The position numbers were made by a program, and so were the translations under genes. DNA of 63,951 bases, the filler included, from Octopus bimaculoides (Eukaryota), in the NCBI RefSeq assembly GCF_001194135.2. It is 9 parts of 8 records of this genome, joined end to end, with 100 filler letters (N's around TTAATTAATTAA, not from the genome) between each part and the next. Parts side by side here need not be neighbours in the genome. Positions count along the whole stretch, not along the records: positions 55,715 to 60,733 come from NC_068989.1; positions 60,834 to 62,789 come from NW_026319675.1; positions 62,890 to 63,951 come from NW_026353369.1; 6 more parts are not named here. One strand, written 5' to 3'. The notes beneath the pieces are model-generated. The model was given only the letters and a program-made list of their open reading frames with translations. It had not been told where the DNA came from and searched no databases. Positions 55,615 to 63,951 of the stretch are shown here, in pieces. Each line of letters starts with the position of its first letter. The first letter of the stretch is position 1.

Positions 55615-56666
55615 NNNNNNNNNNNNNNNNNNNNNNNNNNNNNNNNNNNNNNNNNNNNTTAATTAATTAANNNNNNNNNNNNNNNNNNNNNNNNNNNNNN
55701 NNNNNNNNNNNNNNATATATATATATATTAGTTATTCGTTCACTATCTTCGGTGAACGTTGATTATAATGTCACGATATTCTTTTTTTCACGACCATTGC
55801 TATGTTCTCTCTCTAATGCAATACTTGACCAAATTAAATACACTTAATTTTATTGGAAAATCACTGGAGTTTCACTACATTTTGAATTATTATAATAGAA
55901 AATTGATCAGGTCAAAAAAATAGTTACAATAGAAAATGCGTGTTCGAAAGCTGGAAAGTAATACTTAGACTCAACTGCCATGCAGTATATTTCCCTATTT
56001 CTGGAACAAATCTAATTCTTTAAACCTCGTCAAAATTGTTGCAATAGAAAAAAAGCTCGAGTCAAGAAATGACCAAATTGGAAAGAGTGTAACTCCAGAA
56101 TTGTCTCAAAAATATGAGTGTGCTTGTGTGTGTGTTGGAAAGGAAATTTAGTATACCTCTCCACGGTACACGTCGGTCACCACTCCAATCATTAGTTCGT
56201 TAGTCTCATTTCTGATATTGAAACTGTCAATTGATTTTACATTCAGAATTTGAAAGTCTACTAAGTTCCACACCACACATACATACATAACAGAAATATG
56301 TATGTANNNNNNNNNNATATATACATATATATATATATATATTGTTCGTATACCTGTGTTTGTATGTTTACCTCCTAGTGTGTCTGTCTGCATTTGTGAA
56401 AAAAAAAACGTTCTTGCTGACAAAGTCACTAATTAAATAGGATATTACACACAGGCGCACGCCTTGTGATATCTATACATATATGCACGCCTCTATACGT
56501 GTGTGTAGGTGTGTGTGTGTGTGTATGCGCTTGCTGATATGTGTGCGTGCTTGGGTGTGCTTTTGTGTGTGTTTTATGACTGAAGGGAAATATATATGCA
56601 TATATATACATATTTATATATATATATATATATATATATACATACACACACACAAANNNNNNNNNN

Positions 56667-56706
<40 letters not shown>

Positions 56707-56830
56707 TATACATATATATATGTATATATATTATATATATATTCACATATATTGCCTTCAGACATAGCATATAGATACATACATACACACACGCACGCAC
56801 GTACACACACGCATACACACACAAATACAC

Positions 56831-56870
<40 letters not shown>

Positions 56871-57064
56871 ATTTGTGTACTTTTGAAAGTTGGTTTACAA
56901 CTGTTGTAATACCTGCAGGTGACTTTCAAAAATACAACCAATAAGACTGCTTCGTTTTAAATTATATCTTCTGCATAGAATACATTCATTTAGATTATAA
57001 ATCTGTCAAATGTTATTTTTTGTAGGCTGGTTTTAACGAGGTTTACTACATTTATAAATATATA

Positions 57065-57297
57065 TATATGTATACATGTGTGTGTGTGTGTGTGTGTGTG
57101 CGTGTGTATTTGTGTGTCTGTGTCTGTCCCACCACTATCGCTTGACAACCGATGTTGGTGTCCTTGTGTTCCTGTAACTTAGTGGCTCGGCAAAAGAACC
57201 CGATAAAATATATAATAGGTCGATCTGTTCGACTAGAGGCGGTACTCCCTCATGTTATTTATATAAAGGACGGACTTCTTTCAGTTTCCGTCAACCA

Positions 57298-57341
<44 letters not shown>

Positions 57342-57533
57342 CATTATTATGTTGTGTTCTTGAGCAAGACACTTAATCTCATATTGCTTTGCACCCGTTC
57401 AGGCAACGTCGATTTGATAGAAGGTGTAAGCAAATGAGCAGTTCGATTCTTTGATCACTATAAGCAAATCGTTAGTGCAGGTCGTTCGGCAAAAACCGAA
57501 CGGTTATACGTCGTCTTCGACGGGAGAGTGCAA

Positions 57534-57540
<7 letters not shown>
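57065..57540 (+). mobile_element. SINE family B tail (57065-57290) and a CORE-like SINE 3' fragment (57355-57530)
   Basis: CGCTTGACAACCGATGTTGGTG..GACTAGAGGCGGTACTCC and GTGTTCTTGAGCAAGACACTTAAT. Confidence 0.65.
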
Positions 57541-57576
<36 letters not shown>

Positions 57577-58537
57577 GTCATCATCATCATCGTCATCGCC
57601 ATTCTCATCATCATCATCGTCGTATCATCATCGTCCTCATCTTCATCATGATCGTCGTCGTCGTCATCATTATCATCATCAACATCATTATCATTATCAT
57701 CTTCGTCGACTTCGTCGTCGACGTTATCGTCATCGTCATCGATTTCATTGCATCCATTGTTCTTGTTGTTATTGTTGTTGTCGTGCATGAATTTTTCAAG
57801 CTGTTGTTGTCGCCGCCATTGTTGAACACAGAAGCTTTTATGCAGCCATTTTCTTTCTCTCTCCTCTTTTAAGACACAACACAATCCAATGCCAACGGGC
57901 ATGTTGCAGAGAATTTCACTTGCATGCACCGCGTAAAAGAGCGTCTGTGAAGATTATCTCTGTTTTCATGAAGTGAATGGGACATGGCATTAACCTGAAC
58001 GGACTCACAAGCGCCTGAGGCCCGAACTGTAGGAGTCGTTCGACCGTTAAGGAGTTTGTTAGGAAACCGGGAAGGATTTCACAAAGACAAAAGCAATGCA
58101 AAACACTTTTGAAAAATGTATTTACATTACAATGATGATGATGAAGTTGATGATGGTGGTGATGTTGATGATGATGATGATGATAATGATGATGCTGGTG
58201 ATGCTGATGATGATGAGGATGATGATGATGATGATGATGATGATATTGATGATATTGATGAAGTTGATGATGGTGGTGATGATGGTGATGATNNNNNNNN
58301 NNNNNNNNNNNNNNNNNNNNNNNNNNNNNNNNNNNNNNNNNNNNNNNNNNNNNNNNNNNNNNNNNNNNNNNNNNNNNNNNNNNNNNNNNNNNNNNNNNNN
58401 NNNNNNNNNNNNNNNNNNNNNNNNNNNNNNNNNNNNNNNNNNNNNNNNNNNNNNNNNNNNNNNNNNNNNNNNNNNNNNNNNGATGATGATGTTGATGATG
58501 AAGTTGATGCTGATGATGATAATGATGATGATGATGG

Positions 58538-58587
<50 letters not shown>

Positions 58588-58633
58588 TTGATGATGAAGT
58601 TGATGCTGATGATGATAATGATGATGATGATGG

Positions 58634-58666
<33 letters not shown>

Positions 58667-59320
58667 CAATGATGACGATGATAATCAGGCGGAAGAAATA
58701 CAAAGAGAAACAGGATCAGATGGAAAAAAGTAGAGGTATGATGATGATGTTGGTGATGCTGGTGGTGGTGTTAGTGCTGTTGTTGTTGTTGTTGGTGGTG
58801 GTGGTAGTGATAGTGGTGGTGATAGTGGTGGTGATAGTGGTGGTGAAAGTGATGGTGGTCGTGGTGGTGGTCATGAGGAAGATGAGGAATGTCTGTAGCG
58901 GCATCATCGTCTCTAGTCGTCATAGGGAAAATACCGCTAAAGATAAGGTAACCTGAAAATGCCATTAAGAAGGTGATGACGATGGTGATGACGATGGTGA
59001 TGATGCTGTTGACTTCGACGACGACGACGACGAAGGTGATGATGGTGATGATGTCGGCGACGACGACAACGACGACAATGATAATATTGATGACGATGAC
59101 AATGGTGATGATGAAGATGGTGGTGGTGGTTATAAAAACAGTAAAGGAGTACAATGGCGCCGCGAACTGTGAGTATGCGATAATGTGGAAAATGATGATT
59201 ATAATAATGATGATAACAAAAGTGCATAGGTGATGATGATGATGATAATGATGATGACGACCACTACGACAACAAGAATGATTTTGATGATAATGTCGAT
59301 GATGATAATGATGATAAGGT
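57535..59320. repeat. Compound (CAT)n then (GAT/GGT)n trinucleotide arrays
   Basis: Direct inspection. The strand polarity flips near 57800-58130. Confidence 0.9.
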
Positions 59321-59446
59321 AGAAACCGGTACGCGTGAGATGATGGTGATTACGTTTTATAAGATTTTAATAATGTTTTTATTTTTACATTATATTAGCC
59401 TTCAAGAGAATGTTATAATATTTCCGATAAAACTCATAATAGATAT

Positions 59447-59612
59447 AGGCATGGCTGTGTGAATAAGAAGATCGCTTTGCAACCACGTGATTTCTGGTTC
59501 AGTCCCACTGCGATGCCTTGGGCAAGTATCTTCCACTACAGCCCCCGAGCGATCAAAGCCTTCCGACTGGGTTAGATAAACAGAAACAGTGTGGAAGTCC
59601 GTCGTATATATA
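59447..59612 (+). mobile_element. SINE family B 5' half
   Basis: GGCATGGCTGTGTG..CTGGTTCAGTCCCACTGCG..CCTTGGGCAAGTATCTTC..GAAGTCCGTCGTATATA. Confidence 0.8.
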
Positions 59613-60329
59613 NNNNNNNNNNNNNNNNNNNNNNNNNNNNNNNNNNNNNNNNNNNNNNNNNNNNNNNNNNNNNNNNNNNNNNNNNNNNNNNNNNNNNNNN
59701 NNNNNNNNNNNNNNNNNNNNNNNNNNNNNNNNNNNNNNNNNNNNNNNNNNNNNNNNNNNNNNNNNNNNNNNNNNNNNNNNNNNNNNNNNNNNNNNNNNNN
59801 NNNNNNNNNNNNNNNNNNNNNNNNNNNNNNNNNNNNNNNNNNNNNNNNNNNNNNNNNNNNNNNNNNNNNNNNNNNNNNNNNNNNNNNNNNNNNNNNNNNN
59901 NNNNNNNNNNNNNNNNNNNNNNNNNNNNNNNNNNNNNNNNNNNNNNNNNNNNNNNNNNNNNNNNNNNNNNNNNNNNNNNNNNNNNNNNNNNNNNNNNNNN
60001 NNNNNNNNNNNNNNNNNNNNNNNNNNNNNNNNNNNNNNNNNNNNNNNNNNNNNNNNNNNNNNNNNNNNNNNNNNNNNNNNNNNNNNNNNNNNNNNNNNNN
60101 NNNNNNNNNNNNNNNNNNNNNNNNNNNNNNNNNNNNNNNNNNNNNNNNNNNNNNNNNNNNNNNNNNNNNNNNNNNNNNNNNNNNNNNNNNNNNNNNNNNN
60201 NNNNNNNNNNATATATACGGCACGGGGATACTAAGGTATATCTTTTTTATTAACCATGAATATAACGCAGTTAAGAACGGAGCAAATTTAACTACCCTTT
60301 TCTGTAGCTCACTTATGAAAGGGCATAAG

Positions 60330-60575
60330 GATGCAGCTTTTCTTCTTTGCACCAACCGAGCGAATGGTATTCATTTCATGCTTTTAGCAACCAAATGTAC
60401 AGAATCGCTGGAATAGACATCCAATTCGTTTCTCTATTCGTATCTGAATGCATCGTCTGCTTCTTTATTACTTTTGTATGGCTTTGGAACATAATACGTT
60501 TGTAATAGAACAATTTTCTGTGTTGTGGTCTTTCCATTTACACGAACTAATATTTGCACAAGGATGTATTATAAT
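60330..60575 (-). pseudogene. Weak LINE APE-endonuclease relic
   Basis: LVRVNGKTTTQKIVLLQTYYVPKPYKSNKEADDAF resembles the IIQxYAPT..EE.D.FY region. Confidence 0.25.
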
Positions 60576-60621
60576 CATCTTGTGAATAGGCATTCAACTA
60601 TCTAATCTATCTATCTATCAG

Positions 60622-60687
<66 letters not shown>

Positions 60688-60833
60688 GTTTATCTGTCTG
60701 TCTGTCTGTCTAAGTTTATATATATACAGATATNNNNNNNNNNNNNNNNNNNNNNNNNNNNNNNNNNNNNNNNNNNNTTAATTAATTAANNNNNNNNNNN
60801 NNNNNNNNNNNNNNNNNNNNNNNNNNNNNNNNN

Positions 60834-60874
<41 letters not shown>

Positions 60875-62163
60875 TCATTTATTATAATACATATCTGTAT
60901 ACATATATATGTACATACATACCAACACGCGCGTGTGTGTGTGTATGCGTGTGCGTGTATTCATATATAAGATCATCGAGGTATAGCTCATCAACTCAAT
61001 ATTCTTTCTTACTCTTTAGAGTAAAGCCAGACGAGAAGATTAAAGCGTAACGTAAACTGATGAGTGACGTAAATATCAGTTATGTAATTACTATCATCAG
61101 CTTAAATGTATTTGTGCTATAAGATCAGATGCAGTTTCAACTGAGGGCTTGCATACTATTCTGTACCTTCCTCGGAGCGAATTGTAGCACAAGATATATA
61201 TATATGTATATATATGTATATATATATATATATATANNNNNNNNNNNNNNNNNNNNNNNNNNNNNNNNNNNNNNNNNNNNNNNNNNNNNNNNNNNNNNNN
61301 NNNNNNNNNNNNNNNNNNNNNNNNNNNNNNNNNNNNNNNNNNNNNNNNNNNNNNNNNNNNNNNNNNNNNNNNNNNNNNNNNNNNNNNNNNNNNNNNNNNN
61401 NNNNNNNNNNNNNNNNNNNNNNNNNNNNNNNNNNNNNNNNNNNNNNNNNNNNNNNNNNNNNNNNNNNNNNNNNNNNNNNNNNNNNNNNNNNNNNNNNNNN
61501 NNNNNNNNNNNNNNNNNNNNNNNNNNNNNNNNNNNNNNNNNNNNNNNNNNNNNNNNNNNNNNNNNNNNNNNNNNNNNNNNNNNNNNNNNNNNNNNNNNNN
61601 NNNNNNNNNNNNNNNNNNNNNNNNNNNNNNNNNNNNNNNNNNNNNNNNNNNNNNNNNNNNNNNNNNNNNNNNNNNNNNNNNNNNNNNNNNNNNNNNNNNN
61701 NNNNNNNNNNNNNNNNNNNNNNNNNNNNNNNNNNNNNNNNNNNNNNNNNNNNNNNNNNNNNNNNNNNNNNNNNNNNNNNNNNNNNNNNNNNNNNNNNNNN
61801 NNNNNNNNNNNNNNNNNNNNNNNNNNNNNNNNNNNNNNNNNNNNNNNNNNNNNNNNNNNNNNNNNNNNNNNNNNNNNNNNNNNNNNNNNNNNNNNNNNNN
61901 NNNNNNNNNNNNNNNNNNNNNNNNNNNNNNNNNNNNNNNNNNNNNNNNNNNNNNNNNNNNNNNNNNNNNNNNNNNNNNNNNNNNNNNNNNNNNNNNNNNN
62001 NNNNNNNNNNNNNNNNNNNNNNNNNNNNNNNNNNNNNNNNNNNNNNNNNNNNNNNNNNNNNNNNNNNNNNNNNNNNNNNNNNNNNNNNNNNNNNNNNNNN
62101 NNNNNNNNNNNNNNNNNNNNNNNNNNNNNNNNNNNNNNNNNNNNNNNNNNNNNNNNNNNNNNN

Positions 62164-62789
62164 AAAATAATGCTTAACAATATTAATAGCAACATACAAT
62201 TCACCATGGAGCGCAGCAGTAAACAACTCCCTTTTCTTGACATCCTAATTAAAATAGTCAATAACCACATCGAAACAGACATCTTCTATAAACCCACAGA
62301 TTCAAAACAATACCTATTATTCAACTCATGCCACCCCAAACACATAAAAATTAATATACCTTATAATCTAGCGAAAAGAATCTGTACCATAGTTTCGGAC
62401 TCCTATACTCGTGAACGAAGACTCATTCAACTCAGATCAATACTAATCAAAAGACATTACCCAATATCATTAATAAATGATGGAGTTAAATGAGCTAAAG
62501 AAATAGACATACAAACATTAAGAGAAGTCAACCGAAATACTAAACCAGACTTCAAAATACTCCCATACATCTCCACACATAACTCTAGAAACAACGAAGC
62601 CTTTAACGTTATCGTCCAAAATCTTGCCATCTTCACAGGAAACAAAACAATGAACAAAATTTTAGGCTCACACAAAATTATCAAAAGTAAAATACAACCT
62701 AAATCACTTTAAAAATATTAACCAGCGCAAGACTGTATTCATTAACAACAGAACCAAAAGTGAAATAATGTGGTCGACCTAACTGTGGT
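62164..62789 (+). pseudogene. Penelope-like element RT thumb and Cys-rich linker (canonical type with downstream GIY-YIG expected)
   Basis: NNINSNIQFTME, LPFLDILI, TDIFYKPTDSKQYLLFNSCHPKHIKINIPYNLAKRICTIVSD, L..RHYP, then CGRPNC at the gap. A few stops. Confidence 0.92.
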
Positions 62790-62990
62790 NNNNNNNNNNN
62801 NNNNNNNNNNNNNNNNNNNNNNNNNNNNNNNNNTTAATTAATTAANNNNNNNNNNNNNNNNNNNNNNNNNNNNNNNNNNNNNNNNNNNNTTTTATTATAC
62901 CTAAGGCACCTACTATGATAGGAATTGTTTCTGTCTTTAAATTCCACATTCGAGTTATCTCTATTTCCAGGTCTTTGTATTTTGCTTTAG

Positions 62991-63051
<61 letters not shown>

Positions 63052-63052
<1 letters not shown>

Positions 63053-63340
63053 CATTGCCTTTGCACAGCTTCTAACGCTACGGTGTCTGCCGTGGCACTA
63101 CCAGTGAACTAGTGTCACACTACGGTGTCCGCTGTTCACTACCAGTGAACTAAGGTAACACATCTTATTTTTCGAGCCCCTTGCGGAGTATTCGAGCGGT
63201 TTCAAGCAGTGCAGTTTTCTGCAAGTGCTATCACCCTTATTGCATCCCCTATTTGTTCCATGTCCCTCTCGATAATTTTACCCATTGTTCCGACAATTAT
63301 TGGTACCACTACCACCTTTTTCATCGACCCCAAGTAAGAC
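63052..63340 (-). mobile_element. 5'-truncated R4/Dong-like element 3' end with a (TAA)n tail
   Basis: MKKVVVVPIIVGTMG..LQKTALLETARILRKGLEK*, a 3' UTR, then (TAA)n at 62991-63051. Confidence 0.85.
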
Positions 63341-63520
63341 GAATGATTAGCGACATTTCGTCCGTCTTTACGTTCAGAGTTCAAATACTGCCGAAGTCTA
63401 CCTTGGATTCCATTCTTTCAGATTTTATTAAATGAGTACGAGTGAAACATTGGGATCAATGTCATCGATGTGTCCCCCCCCACCCCGACAAACTTGTGTT
63501 TATAGTAGAAAGGCTTATTA
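63340..63520 (+). mobile_element. SINE family A copy
   Basis: GATTAGCGACATTTCGTCCGTCTTTACGTTCAGAGTTCAAATACTGCCGAAGTC. Confidence 0.75.
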
Positions 63521-63829
63521 TTATTTAAGTGTTGATTGAGTCTTTTTCTTTTTTGTAACCCTTCTCATTAAGATTGTCTGCTCTGGAAGCGATTGTATTT
63601 GTTGGCCTTTCAAAGTTTTTCTGACAACTTTATCATTAAATGCAAAACAAAAATTTTGCTATCAAAAAAATGAAAATAAAACGAAATACTAAGGTGTTAT
63701 TAAGTAGATTACTTAATAAGTGTTATTTAAATATTTACTCAAGTCACCTAACTTTTTGTTTATCAGTTTCTCATCATACGAATGTATGTATGTATGTATG
63801 TATGTATGTATGTATGTATGTATGTATGC

Positions 63830-63951
63830 ATGTATGTTTAGCTCCACCATCGCTTCACAACGGGTATTGGTGTACATATGTTCCCGTAACATAGCCGTTC
63901 GGCAAGGCAACCGATATAATAGTTACCAGGTTTTAAATCATAGATGCTGGG
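63830..63951 (+). mobile_element. SINE family B body (runs off the window)
   Basis: CCATCGCTTCACAACGGGTATTGGTGTACATATGTTCCCGTAAC..CGGCAAGG. Confidence 0.65.

Noticed and set aside
56160-56260. Possible minus-strand exon (DFQILNVKSIDSFNIRNETNELMIGVVTDVYRGE)
   Set aside because: A donor is present but there is no polypyrimidine acceptor, so it is too weak to call.

Overview
AT-rich eukaryotic genomic scaffold, dense with microsatellites and assembly gaps. The repeat inventory looks like an Octopus-type cephalopod genome; this is an inference from SINE and microsatellite style, not a database match. No complete host gene can be built. The window is mostly retroelement debris: a near full-length decayed RTE LINE (5063-9513, minus), a second RTE 3' fragment, two Penelope-like RT relics of different types, several R4/Dong-like fragments next to TAA microsatellites, an L1/Tx1 RT fragment, a Tigger remnant and many tRNA-derived SINE copies from at least three families. 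The most interesting signals are: an apparently intact type I hammerhead ribozyme in a TA-flanked ~280-bp cassette (34235-34338) plus two decayed hammerheads; three tandem C2H2-like zinc fingers at the RTE ORF C-terminus; a 163-bp near-perfect hairpin; a candidate secreted mucin-like ORF (22898-23707+); and a glycosylation-rich candidate exon that reads in frame into an RTE fragment. Most long ORFs in the supplied track are artefacts of microsatellites or N-runs.
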